Shown: piece by piece, positions 39,771-52,582 of the stretch
How positions within the stretch are numbered: the stretch's first letter is position 1
Layout of the letters: each line of letters opens with the position of its first letter
Assembly (NCBI GenBank): GCA_951406725.2
Contig: OX597822.1
Span: 54,064,001 to 54,128,000, forward strand
Source of the DNA: Octopus vulgaris
Lineage: Eukaryota
Reading direction: 5' to 3'
DNA length: 64,000 nt
The notes under the pieces: generated by a model
Told to the model about the DNA's origin: nothing
Databases searched by the model: none
The model's input: the letters and a program-made list of their open reading frames with translations, nothing else
Position numbers and translations under genes: made by a program

Positions 39771-40002
39771 ATTTCTTAATTGCCCACAAGGGGATAAACA
39801 CAGAGAGGACAAACAAGGACAGACAAACGGATTAAGTCGATTATATCGACCCCAGTGCGTAACTAGTACTTATTTAGTAGACCACGAAAAGATGAAAGGC
39901 AAAGTCGACCTCGGTGAAATTTGAACTCAGAACGTAGCAGTAGACGAAATACCGCTAAGCATTTCACCCGACATGCTAACGTTTCTGCCAGCTCGTCGCC
40001 TT
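39771..40002 (-). mobile_element. SINE family A nested in an older copy
   Basis: Full length; CAAACGATTCT on both sides (TSD). Confidence 0.85.
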
Positions 40003-40149
40003 CAAACGATTCTGCTAGTCCACTGCCTTCAAGCAGTGTAGCTATATATAAAAGCAATGTTGTCAGTATATGGAGCAGTATTTCCCAACCCTATTATCCA
40101 TGAGGAATCATTGAAATAAACTCCATTGTACGGACACATCCTCCGTTTT

Positions 40150-40428
40150 CCGTTAGATCATCCTACCATGGCATTACTCTCATTCAACGCAGCAGCTGCG
40201 GGCTGGAAGGGGCCTCGTGACAGGCCCCACACTAAATGGCTCGACATGACTATGGAAGTTCTCTAGCGGCTCGATGCCATCTCAGAAGATGCAGAGAGGC
40301 TGGCACGGGACTGCCAGTGATGGAGAGCACTGGTGGATCTGGTCGGCTCTACGCATGATGATGTCTCTGAGACCACTAATCTGAGATAACCCCCAGCCCC
40401 ATCAAGAAAGAGCATCAAGCAAGCAGCA
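40150..40428 (+). mobile_element. 3' end of RTE-like LINE
   Basis: GWKGPRDRPHTKWLD..LARDCQ*WRALV followed by a short (CAAG)n tail. Confidence 0.65.
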
Positions 40429-40551
40429 AACAGGGAACCTTTACATAAAACTACTTTGTATTTTTACTTATCTTCTACTTTCCCATTCATAAGATTAAAT
40501 TTCATAAGGTAAACACAATATAGCTCCTGATAGCTCCTTTAGATATCATTA

Positions 40552-40785
40552 TATTTCTTTACTGCCCACAAGGGGCCAAACATAGAGGGGACAAACAAGG
40601 ACAGACAAAGGGATTAAGTCAATTACATCGACCCCAGTGCGAAACTGGTACTTAATTTATCGACCCCGAAAGGATGAAAGGCAAAGTCGACCTCGGCGGA
40701 ATTTGAACTCACAACGTAAGGACAGGCGAAATACCGCTAAGCATTTCGCCCGGCGCGCTAACCTGTCTGCCAGCTCGCCGCCTTA
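40552..40785 (-). mobile_element. SINE family A, young copy
   Basis: Exact 17-bp TSD TCCTTTAGATATCATTA (40535-40551, 40786-40802). Confidence 0.9.
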
Positions 40786-41481
40786 TCCTTTAGATATCAT
40801 TAGTTAACCTGATGCCTTCCTTATGTCCAATAGTCGACTTGCCAAAAATCTCTCCAGTTCTCTGTGTTGTGCTGTTTGCATACATTGAGCCAGACTCCTG
40901 TTTCCAGTCAATTCCTGAATGTCGTCAGCTCACAAACATCCTTGGCGACCTTTTGTTCTTCTCCACATTTCCTGTCAGTCAATGACTCGTGGTCTATCAT
41001 ATGTTAAATATCTTCTTTTTAAAACTTGTTTCAGTCTTTAAACTGTAGCCATGCTGGACACCCCTCCAAAACCAAAGAGAAAGAGGGTAAATACGGAAAA
41101 CTATCTCGAAACCTTCAGCTTCTCTATGGTGCGCTTGGTTTTGTGAGTAAATACCTAAGTGATAATCTGGATAATCTGGAGTCCTCAGAAAAAAGAAATC
41201 AACTAGCAACCCCTCACATTACAAATACATTCTGTAAGTAAAACAGTAAAAATATGCAAGACTTTTCTCAAGTTTAGAATGTGAATTTGTTTTTGTTATC
41301 TACATTCCAAATATGAAGCTTTGTTAAAAACTATCTTTGATAAAACTAGCTCCTTCTTCAGAGGAATATTTCAAATAATTAGAAATGGAAGGGAACATAC
41401 ATACATACATAAATACGTACGTACATACATACATACATACATACATACATACATACATACATACATACATACATACATACA

Positions 41482-41515
<34 letters not shown>

Positions 41516-42261
41516 CATAAATACATACATACATAAATACATACATATATACATACCCTGTTGAGGATGCTGAAATTCCAATGAAGGAGCCTCGGATCTA
41601 GGTTAGAAACCTGTTCTTTCTCTATTGGCTAGAAATCTTGAAATGAAACTGAACAATGACATATGTACATAAATACCTACATAAAAAAGCTGTCTTTATA
41701 CAAAGTTTCTCACTTACAAAATCCTATCTTCAAAAAAGACACTATACATTTTCATAACTATAAGAAAATACTTCCTTTCATCGTTTTATGTTTAAATTAC
41801 TTCATACTTCTAATACATTCTGACATTTTGCTCTGAGTGTCAAAGTGTTAATTTTTATAAAATGCGAAATATACTCAAACATTACAAACATTAAAAATCC
41901 AATTTATAAGAGCATGAATAATATCTGAATATTTTATAAGTATATACAAATTTAAATGTGAGGCAATAAAAGGATAAATGATTTCCTATATCCCGTGGTA
42001 TTTGAAACTTTTCAAAGATAGAACTTAAAAGTAGAATTTTAATGGCTACTGAGTTCCACACACACACACACGCAGACATTTCGATTTTTTAATAGGTTTG
42101 CAAGATTCTATGTGTGAATTCGTGTGTTGAAACAAATTTTGTTGTGTCTAGGGAGGGTCATTATGCCAATATTATCAACACACGCACTGGTTCAATTCCA
42201 CTCCTTTATTATTAGTCAATTTGTTATATATCCAACAAACTAATCGATTGCATATCTATGC

Positions 42262-42315
<54 letters not shown>

Positions 42316-43856
42316 GTGTATGTGTGTGTGTGTGTGTGTGTGTCTGTGTCTGTGTCTGTGTGAATGTAAATATATGCATGTTTTTTTATTATTTTTATTT
42401 TATTTTTTATTTTTTTATTTTTTTTACCAGACCATCAGATGTTGTTACACATCGCTGGTCACAATGCGTTCGCATTGTTTTAGCCTTCGAATGACGCCAC
42501 CCCGCTGGCTAAGTGAGCAGGAAATATATGCATGTATATGTTTGTATATATAAGTATGTGTATAAATCTATATATGTAAATATATACAAATATATAATTT
42601 GCATGTACATATATATATCAGTGGTGAAGAGTGACTAGGAAACTAAGGCATGCAATTCCCCCCACCCCATTGAGGTTGGGAGTTTCCGGGAAAAGTGTAG
42701 TATTATAAATGTTTTGAGATATGGGGAGTCTGAAAGTGAAAATAGTTTCTCGCCCCTATGATGTATTGTTTTGAAGTAGTTAGTGAGTCACGAGAAACGT
42801 ACATATAACTTTGGAAATCACGTCCAGTAGGGGCTATTCATCCAGTAGGGGATATTCATGCCGTCGACTTTGAGAAAAAAAAAGTCGAAATTCTTTTTAG
42901 AGTTTGCAAGAAAATTCGACATTCTCGAACTCTTGAAGCTGATTTAGAGAATACCAAATTAAGTGAATTTTCTTTCTTTTACTCTTTCATTCTTTGATTC
43001 GTTTCAGTGATTTTTACTGTGACCATGCTGAGCACCGCCTTTAGTCGAACAAATCGACGCCAGGAATTATTCTTTGTAAGCCTAGTACTTATTCTATCGG
43101 TCACTTATGCCGAACCGCTAAGTTACGGGGACGTAAACACACCAGCATCGATGTCAAGCGATGTTGGGGGGGGGGGGACACACACAAACATATACACACA
43201 CATACACAGCCACCCCTGCGTCTTTGTGAAAAAACATTGTGTATAACAATGTACAACTTCTGTCAGTGATGCAGCTTTTCTGTTTTTACTGACATCGACT
43301 TATCTCCTAAACCTACCTTGAAGCCTTTTCTTCTCATCAACAAATAGCAAAACGTGTGACGGTTAAGATTTCATTCGAAAGTCTGTTGTCTCACCAAACA
43401 TAACAGCAACAAATGCTATTTTTTCCGATCATTGGCTTAATTACACCTTCACTTGTAACAACTATATAAGTTTTGAAAGTGACGTGCGTTTTCATTATCA
43501 CTTCAAAGCTGAGAAAATGTGTTCTGATACTGACAAACTAACAGACATGGGAAACAGAAAAAATTGTTCTGAATGGATCATCTTGTCATTCACTCTGACT
43601 ATTCATAATACTTTCAATCAAAATAACGATAACATTCCTTGTTACCCACTTTGGTTTTGATTTTCAGCTTAAGCTTTGGTTTCTCTCTTCCGAGAATGAT
43701 AATATTTTTCCTGTCTGTTTCAAAGTTGGAAAAAGTCGAGAGGAAACTGAACTAATTGACCCTTTTGCCATCCCAGGGGTTATTGAAGGCATGAGAAATT
43801 CAACTGCGTGAATATATATATATATATAATCATAACATGTGACAATTATTCAGTTA

Positions 43857-43925
43857 CCATAATAAGACACCGAGTTTCGGATGTCGGGGAGGAAAACTGC
43901 TCCGGCATCTCGTCAGTTATCGAGG
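43857..43925 (-). ncRNA. Type I hammerhead ribozyme (left arm)
   Basis: GATAA-CTGACGA-GATGCCGG..CCGACATCC-GAAA-C tcggt GTC-TTATT; one mismatch in stem II. Confidence 0.7.
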
Positions 43926-44933
43926 TAATCAAAAAATGCTATGAAAATGACCGTTAAACAAAGGGAAATTACTATGTAATTGACCGTTATTAAGACAAAA
44001 GAGCTATTAGAACGACCGTTAAATAAGGGGAAAAACCGAAGGGGAGAAAGTAAAAAACGTAAGGAAGTAAAAATGCTCATAGAAATCGCGTAAGCCCCAG
44101 GAACATACATACACATGCGCGCACACACACCACGTACATGTGCCTATATGCATATGCTCACTCACGCTTGCAGGAAACATGCATGCACGCCCATACCTAC
44201 GCCTATATATGCACATATAAATGCAACCCTGCATGTATACGTTTACATATCCGCGCACACAGACACACACGTGCACATACCCATACGCGCACAATTATAT
44301 TCAAATACACGTCTAAAATACGCACATGCTATGTATGCATAGGATCACTCACACTCGCGTGAAACACATGCATGTACACCCACCCACATATATATGCAAC
44401 CATACACATGTACATATACATGTACATACATACCCGCACACGCGCACACACACACGTGTATATACCTAAACGCGCACAAAAAGATCATATACACGTCTAT
44501 ATACGCACATGCACAAGAAAAATGCAAGGTGAAAGGTAAAATATAGAAAAATGTGTAAAAATATATAAAGCAATAAAAATTTTAAAAATTAAATACAAAT
44601 ATGTAAAAATATGTAAAAATTATATAAAAAAATATATATATATAAATATAGAGATAAAATGCTCGTACGTGGACACAATATAAAAAGCAGGGCCTATCTG
44701 TGATCTTGGGGGTGCAAAACACGTAACAAATATTTAGCCATGTGTATGTATGTACATGCGCACTTACGCGATTTCTATGAGCATTTTTACTTCCTTACTT
44801 TTTTTACTTTCTCCCCTTCGATTTTCCCCCCTTATTTAACGGTCATTCTAATAGCTCTTTTGTCTTAATAACGGTCAATTACGTAGTTATTTCCCCTTTG
44901 TTTAACGGTCATTTTCATAGCATATTTTGTATG

Positions 44934-45003
44934 CCTCGATAACTGACGAGATGCCGGAGCAGTTTTTCCTCCCCGGCATCCGAAACTCGGTGTCTTATTA
45001 TGG
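44934..45003 (+). ncRNA. Type I hammerhead ribozyme (right arm)
   Basis: CTGACGA 44943-44949, stem II GATGCCGG/CCGGCATC(+C), GAAA 44982-44985, GTC 44992-44994, stem I GATAA/TTATT. Confidence 0.75.
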
Positions 45004-45111
45004 CAGTCGAATAATTGTCACATATTATATTACAGATAACTTCCTCTACTTACATAATATCGAGGTCTCATTCATTCTTTTGTTGTCTTACCATTACTAT
45101 ATGTGTGTGTG

Positions 45112-45319
45112 TATTCAATTTTGGGGGATTAATCGATATGCGGGTATTCTATTTCAGATAATACAAAAATAACCTAATGAGTGTATCTTACAGTAAACTC
45201 ATGGTATCAGTTTGCGCGAAATAATACCCTGAGTTTACTGTAAGATATACTCATTAGGTTATTTTTATATTATCTGAAATAGAATACCCGCATATCGATT
45301 AGTACCCAAAACTTAAATA
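45112..45319. repeat. Long inverted repeat (~95-bp arms, ~16-nt loop)
   Basis: AATCGATATGCGGGTATTCTATTTCAGATAAT..CAGTAAACTCA is mirrored by TGAGTTTACTG..ATTATCTGAAATAGAATACCCGCATATCGATT. Confidence 0.9.
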
Positions 45320-45454
45320 TTGACTTTTATCAGATACTTTGTATATCTATAGATAAATATATAAATATACGATAAATAAGACCCCATAGTACGATATGTA
45401 GATGCATATAACGCTGTAGGGTTACACCTGATTGATTTGGAAATTTGTTTTCCC

Positions 45455-45487
<33 letters not shown>

Positions 45488-45492
<5 letters not shown>

Positions 45493-45695
45493 ATCCAAAC
45501 AAGAAAGCACAAAAAAAAACACAACAACGCGAGGACGTGGAACAAATATAGTATTATTGGATGCTCAGGAAAGAAGGAAAGAAGGAGGGTTTAACGTTTC
45601 GAGCGGAGCTCTTCGTCGGTAACATAGGAGAAAGAAAGATCCAGAGAAGGGAAGACAGAGGAAAAAAAAATCGCCAACGGTGCACACGCGGTCAT
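45488..45695 (-). mobile_element. Penelope-like terminal repeat with degenerate minimal hammerhead (45591-45625)
   Basis: Minus CCGACGA-A-GAGC tcc GCTC-GAAACGTT; the 3' end runs into (AT)n. U4 is replaced by C. Confidence 0.55.
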
Positions 45696-45710
45696 GTATG
45701 TATATATATA

Positions 45711-46944
45711 CAGGAGTTGGACAAAATAATGGAAGCACCTAGTGTCATAGTATCATAATTTTGAAATATCTATAAAACCGTCAAAAGCTTGTTTATTTTT
45801 TATGTCTTTTGATTTATTATTAATGTTGCTTAATATTTTTTTGCTAAAATTTCTGTTTCTTTTCAGAAAAAAGTAATTAAAATTTGTTAAAGTGACAGAT
45901 CTATCGGATTTTCAAAGAGGTCAAATTGTTAGTGCTCGTATGGCAGGCGGTAGCGTAACGAAAACAGCCGAAATGTTTGGTGTATCAAGAAGTACTGTCT
46001 CGAAAGTAATGACAGCATTTGAGAAAGAGGGAAAAACCTCCTCGTCGAAACAAAAATTCCGGAAGAAAACCCAAACTTTCAGATAGGGACCGTCGGACTC
46101 TTACGCGAATTGTTAGAGAGGATCACAAAAGTACTGCACCCAAAATTACTGCAGAGCTTAATGATCATCTCGAGAACCCAGTTGCCACAAAAACTGTTCA
46201 CCGGGAGCTGCACAAATCCGGATTTCACGTTGCAAGGCGTTTAGAGTGGAGTAAAAACCTACAGAATTGGTCCCTAGAGCAGAGGAAGAATGTTAGTTTC
46301 CCGGATGAGTCATTCTTTACCTTATTTCTAACCACTGACCAAGTATACGTGTGGAGATAGCCAAAAGAAGCATTTAACTAAGACTGCCTTCTTCCAACTG
46401 TTAAACATGGAGGAGGATCTCTGATGATCGGGAGGGGCTATATCTTGGAAATCTGCCGGTCCAATGGTTTCTTTTCATGGTAGAATTAATAGTCAAGACT
46501 ATCTAAGCATTTTATATGATCAAATTCATCCTATGGTTGCGGAACTGTTTCCGGAGAAAAACGCAATCTTTCAGGATGATAATGCACCAATTTACACAGC
46601 TAATGTTGTTACTGGATGGCATAAGGAACATTCTAGTGAAGTTGAACATCTTATCTAGCCACCACAGTCCCCAGATCTCAATATTATTGAACATTTATGG
46701 TGCATTTAAAAAAAACAAAAAACAAGTAAGGAGTCAATATCCTCTCACCATCGTCACTACAAGAACTGGACACTGTTTTGGCTGAAGAATGGACAAAATT
46801 TCCTGTGGAAACAATTCAAATTTTGTACGAGTCCATACTTCGTAGAATTCAAGCCGTAATTACTGCCAAAGGCGGTCCTACCCCATATTAAAATTAATTT
46901 GTTTGAAATTTTAAGTTGTTAACATTATTTTGTCCAATCCTTCG
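45711..46944 (+). mobile_element. Tc1-family transposon with frameshifted transposase
   Basis: TIRs CAGGAGTTGGACAAAATAATG / CATTATTTTGTCCAATCC. Motifs DLSDFQRGQIV, GRKPKLSDRDRR, FPDESFF, KHGGGSLM, FQDDNAP and SPDLNIIEHLW. Confidence 0.92.
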
Positions 46945-46945
46945 T

Positions 46946-47043
<98 letters not shown>

Positions 47044-47214
47044 TGTGTGTGGGTGTGTGTGTTTGTGTGTGTGTTTGTGTCTGTCCTTCACCAACGCTTT
47101 AAAACCGCCGTTGGTGTGTTTACATTCCCGTAACGTCGCACTTCGGCGCGAGAGACCAAAAATTAGCTGAAACAACTACACAACTGAAGTCAGCAAAAAA
47201 TGTGTTGACCAGTG

Positions 47215-47289
<75 letters not shown>

Positions 47290-49746
47290 CCTGTGTGTGT
47301 GTGTATGTGTGTTTTGTGTAGAGAGTCACGACACCCCCTACGAGAATAGACTTGACCGAATGACTATAAATCATAGCGGTCTGAGTGCGAGACGAGGGAC
47401 TGTAGACGTTAATCGCAGGACGTTGTATGGTGTCGTTTTGGTAATTTGTCGGAATATCGTTTGTTGGTTCATGTATAGTTCGTGGAGAGTTTGTTGGATT
47501 GTTACGTTGTTGTAACCCTGCTTCGTTATATGTTTTACTGTTACTACACGGTTATAGCGGGGAAAATATCGTCATAACAACTGGCGATGCTATAATATTG
47601 GCGACGAGAATTCGAAGCTCACGCAGGTCAGTTAACAAATTTATTTGATACAAAGTTGTTAATTTGGAAGACCTTTGTATAGTCTTTTGTGCGTATTCAC
47701 TGTTAGAAGCTTCGAGCATTCCTCGTCTACTTAAATTTGTAGATACGTATCATACAGATCCAGTTTCGAAAATACTTTGCCACAATTTAATTATGCAAAA
47801 ATATCCTCCGGAGTAGGAAGTGTTAAGTAGCACATGTTTTAGGCACACACTCTCCCTTTTTTTGATACATACCATTGATGCTGCCCACTTAGAATAATCT
47901 ACTTTTTGTATAATTCCCATCTTCTCCAGTCTGTATAATTTTTCTTCTACCCGGATTGTGCTTTCAAAACGCTATAATACAGTTGCAAAAACAGAAGCAA
48001 GAACAGCAACAGAAGTTGCAGTAACAACTACTTCAGCAACATAAAAAACAACAACAGTTAATGGAGCTATGTCTTAAGAAGTCCGGAAACACTATAAGCT
48101 CGTTTTCGCCAGAAGGCGTATCGAACTCTATAACTGAATTTAGTTAAGACCCAGAGGAGGGTATAACGTTTGCAGCGTACTTTAGAAGCAAGAAGAAATC
48201 TTTAGGGAAGATTGTATGTCGTGGACGGTAACGAAAAGACTGTTATTGTGTAAATTGGTGCCGGCTGAACATGAAAAATATTGTAATTTCATACTACCCA
48301 CCAAAACTAGTGAGATTTGTTTCCGGAAAACAGTCAAACTACTATAAAAAAATATTCAGTTATAAGAATTCCCTATTTAACACTCGATGGGAATGCTGGA
48401 ATCTAGTTAAAAAAGAGGATGAAGACTTTATCATGTATGTCGGGACCGTCAACCGAATGTGCGAAAGGTTTCAACTGAAGGGGCTAAGTCCTGATATGTT
48501 TAAGTTCCTCATTTTTGTACAAGGGTTTACGGCAAACAAAGATGCGGAGATACGTGAAAGAATTTTCACAAAACTTGAACAAACGGACCAAAGTTTAACC
48601 CTACAGACAGTTGCAGAGGAGTATCAAAGAATGGTAAACTTACATCAGGACATAAAGAAAATTGAAGAGGAGTACTCACAAGTATAGGCATGTCGACCGG
48701 GAAGATATAAACAACAACAAAAATGTTAAGACCAAACCCATACTATGGATGTGGAGCCCTACAGGAAGGATTGCCCTTTCAAAACGCAATAAATGTTACA
48801 ATTTTTCTCAACAGAAAGTTTTCTCAATGGAAAGTGGAAGCGAGACTAAAAAGGAAATTTGTACATGTAAAAGTAAACTAAGTGGATATTAAATTACAAC
48901 TAGATACTGGTAGCGACATCTCGATTAATAATACCGACACGTAGAAAAGAATTGAGAAATCTACGTCAAGAAAAACACCAAGAATTGCACGAGGTGTGAC
49001 AGGTGAAAAACTACACTTCGTAGGCAAAATTTGGAGTGATATATTTCAAGGAAAAACCTGTAGAGCAATAGTTTTCGTGGTAAAAAACGTAACCAACCTG
49101 TTCGGTACGGACTAGTTAGCGTTGTTTGACTTATGGGACCTCCACATAAGTATGTTCTGTAAAAAAAAAAATAAATGGCTGTCCCACCAGTGAAAATAAC
49201 TCAGTAGCTGAATTGAAGAAAAAATTTAAAAACTTGTTTTCTGAAGTGCTGTTGAATGAATTAGGTCTCTGTTCTAAGACTGAGGCCTGTTTTCAGGTAA
49301 AGGAAAACGTCGTACTTGTATTCAGACCTAATAGAACGGTACCATTCGCTGCGATAAAGCGGGTAGAAGAAAATTCGCACAGAGGACTATACAAATATAA
49401 TAGATTACCACTTGGCCTGAAGGTCGCACCGGCAATGTTTCAACAGGTTATGGATGCGATGTTGGCGGACTGTCAATTTGCAATTCCGTACCTCGATTAT
49501 GTATTAATTAAAAGTGAATCTCGGTTTCACACTCAGTGAGGAGAAATGTGAATTCTTTTTGCCTAAAATTAAAAATTTAGGACAAAATTATTGATAAAAA
49601 TGGAAGACGACTTGACCCGTCGAGGATAGACGCAATTAAAAATATGCCGCCACCAACTAACGACATAACAAGCTTTTCTTGGCCTAGCGAACTATTATCA
49701 AAATCACATACCGAACATGTATGAGTTTAGAGCACCACTTAATAAT

Positions 49747-50133
49747 GTGGAGGCGCAATGGCCCAGTGGTTAGGGCAGCGGACTCGCGGTCATAGGATCG
49801 CGGTTTCGATTCCCAGACCGGGCGTTGTGAGTGTTATTGAGCGAAAACACCTAAAAGCTCCACGAGGCTCCGGCAGGGGATGGTGGTGATCCCTGCTGTA
49901 CTCTTTCACCACAACTTTCTCTCACTCTTACTTCCTGTTTCTGTTGTACCTGTATTTCAAAGGGCCGGCCTTGTCACTCTCTGTGTCACGCTGAATATCC
50001 CCGAGAACTACGTTATGGGTACACGTGTCTGTGGAGTGCTCAGCCACTTACACGTTAATTTCACGAGCAGGCTGTTCCGTTGATTCGGATCAACCCGAAC
50101 CCTCGTCGTCGTAACCGACGGAGTGCTTCCATT
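49747..50133 (+). mobile_element. SINE family B (tail type 1) inserted in Gypsy pol
   Basis: Exact 12-bp TSD CCACTTAATAAT (49735-49746, 50134-50145). Confidence 0.92.
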
Positions 50134-52151
50134 CCACTTAATAATTTGCCAATGGAATTGATCAAATGACAGTCAAAAGGCGTTTCAGGATATTAAAAAA
50201 AAAAAAGCATTAATTTCGGATTTGTCGCTGGCTCATTTCGATTCTGTAGCAGAGATTGTAGCTTCTCACGTTTCTGAATACGGCGTAGGAGCAGTTTTGC
50301 TACATAAATATAAAGACGGTAACATGAAGACGGTGGTTCATGTCTCACATGCTCTGATTGCAGCAGAAAAAAAAACCTACTATCTGACAGAGAAAGAAGC
50401 TCTAGCGATTAGTTTTGCCTTGAAGAAATTTCACAGATTTCTCCACGGTAGAAGTTTTCGGCTTCAGACGGACCACCGACCGTTACTATCAATTTTCGAA
50501 TCGAAGAAAGGAATTCCTACCCATACAGCTAACAGATTACAAAGCTGGGGTACGATATTGTTAAATTACAACTTTAAGATGGAGTACATTTCTTCTAAGA
50601 AAATTGGCCATGCGGATTGTTTATCTTGGTTAATTCTGAAGAATGCGGAACCGCTGGAAGATACGGTGATAGCCGCACTACAATCAGGAAAGTAAATTGA
50701 AAACGTTATGTGTAATGTCATTCAGAAGCTGCCAGTGACTGTACAAGATACAAAAAGTAAATCAGCGGAGGACAAAAACATCATAAAAATGAAGGAAACC
50801 TTCTAAAATTAACAAAAGAGAAAGACTAACGCGAACCATTTTTCACTCTGCGACAATATATCAATGTACTCACAAAGAGTACATTAATACAAAAACTAAT
50901 ATTACATGAATTTCATAGTGGACACCCGGAGATGTCAAGAATTAAAGCTTCGATGAAAAGTTACGTGTATTGGCCGGCAATGGACTGGGACATTGAAAAT
51001 TTGGTAAAATCAGGTAGAGGTTGTGCGCTAGCAGCCAAAGCACCACCGCTGAAATACTACTCGTAGCCTGAGACGGTTAGGTACATATAGACTATGCTGG
51101 ACCAGTGAATGGCGCGTTCTACTTGATCCTTGTTGATAGCTTTACCAAGTGGCCAGAAGTATGTAGGTGCAATCAAACTACCTCGAAAGCAACAATAAAG
51201 TTTCTGCACGAACTTTTTTTCTCGATACGGTGTTCCGGACACCATAGTATCGGAAATGGAACATAATTTACAGGATACGAGTTCAAGAAATTCTGCAAAA
51301 TGCATGCAATCAAGTATATGTTTACCCCGCTCTACCACTCGACGTCAAATGGACAAGCAGAACAATTTGTAGATACTTTCAAGCGAGTGTTAAAAAAGCA
51401 AGAAACGAGTAAGGAAATGACGAAGTGCTAACTAAATTCTTAAGGGTGTACAGAATAACCCCCAATCCGAATACCAGTTCAGGCAAGTCACATGCAGAGC
51501 TAATGTTCGCTCGAAAGATTAAATCAATGTTCGACAAATTGTTGCCAAAGAGGGGGAAAATGTATAGAGAAATTTCAACTAAACACTCTGATGTCGAAGA
51601 CAAAGTCCATTTCAAAGTATACAAGAACGGTAAAGAGAGTTGGCAGGATGGTGTAGTGACTAAAAGAATTGGAAACATGATGTATTTGATAAAGGACCAA
51701 CGATGGGAGCATAAACTACACCTAAATCAATTAAAAATCAGACATACAGAAGAAAGGAAAGAAATTTCAATGGAAGTGTTTTACATTTTCGATACGCCAG
51801 CACCGAAAGAGATTGAGCCCAGAAGGAGCAGTAACAGAAAATGTAAACAGAATGAACATTTACAAACAATTCCTAAGCAGAAAAGGTACTAGGGAATCCC
51901 TAGGGAATCAAAATTTCAAAAAGGGAAAGGTGGTGGAAAGAAAGTAAATAAATAAATGAATAAATAAATTTCGTTTCCTACGGCAGTCAAAATCTCAAAA
52001 GGTGAGATGTGGCGAGAGTCACGACACCCTCTGCGAGGACAGACTTGACCGAACGACTACGAATAGTAGCGGTCTGAGTGAGAGACGGGAGAGAGAAGGT
52101 GTTATTCGCAGGAAGCAGTAAGGTGCCGTTTTGATAGTTTGTCGGAATATC

Positions 52152-52582
52152 TATTTCTTTATTACCCACAAGGGGCTAAACACAGAGGGGACAAACAAGG
52201 ACACACATAGGTATTAAGTCGATTACATCGACCCCAGTGCGTAACTGGTACTTAATTTATCGATCCCGAAAGGATGAAAGGCAAAGTCGACCTCGACGAA
52301 ATTTGAACTCACAACGTAACGGCAGATGAAATACCTATTTCTTTATTACCCACAAGGGGCTAAACACAGAGGGGACAAACAAGGACAGACAGGTATTAAG
52401 TCGATTACATCGACCCAGTGCGTAACTGGTACTTAATTTATCGACCCCGAAAGGATGAAAGGCAAAGTCGACCTCGGCGGAATTTGAACTCAGAACGTAA
52501 CAGCAGACGAAATACCGCAAAGCATTTCGCCCAGCGTGCTAACGTTTCTGCCAGCTCACCGTCTTTCTGCCAGGTCACCGTC
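52152..52582 (-). mobile_element. Tandem family A SINEs inserted in the 3' LTR
   Basis: TSD TTGTCGGAATATC on both sides; short duplication of the SINE 5' end. Confidence 0.88.

Larger units (their letters stand above)
43832..45028. mobile_element. Penelope-like fold-back element: ~285-bp inverted arms (43832-44116; 44740-45028), each carrying a hammerhead
   Basis: The arms are reverse complements with scattered differences. The spacer is degenerate CA-rich duplicated sequence with no ORF. Confidence 0.75.

Noticed and set aside
40885-40935. Minus-strand CTGACGA..GAAAC..GTC hammerhead-like match
   Set aside because: Stem I does not pair next to the core, and the segment reads as RTE C-terminal coding remnant (DDIQELTGNRSLAQCMQTAQHRE). 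Probably coincidental.
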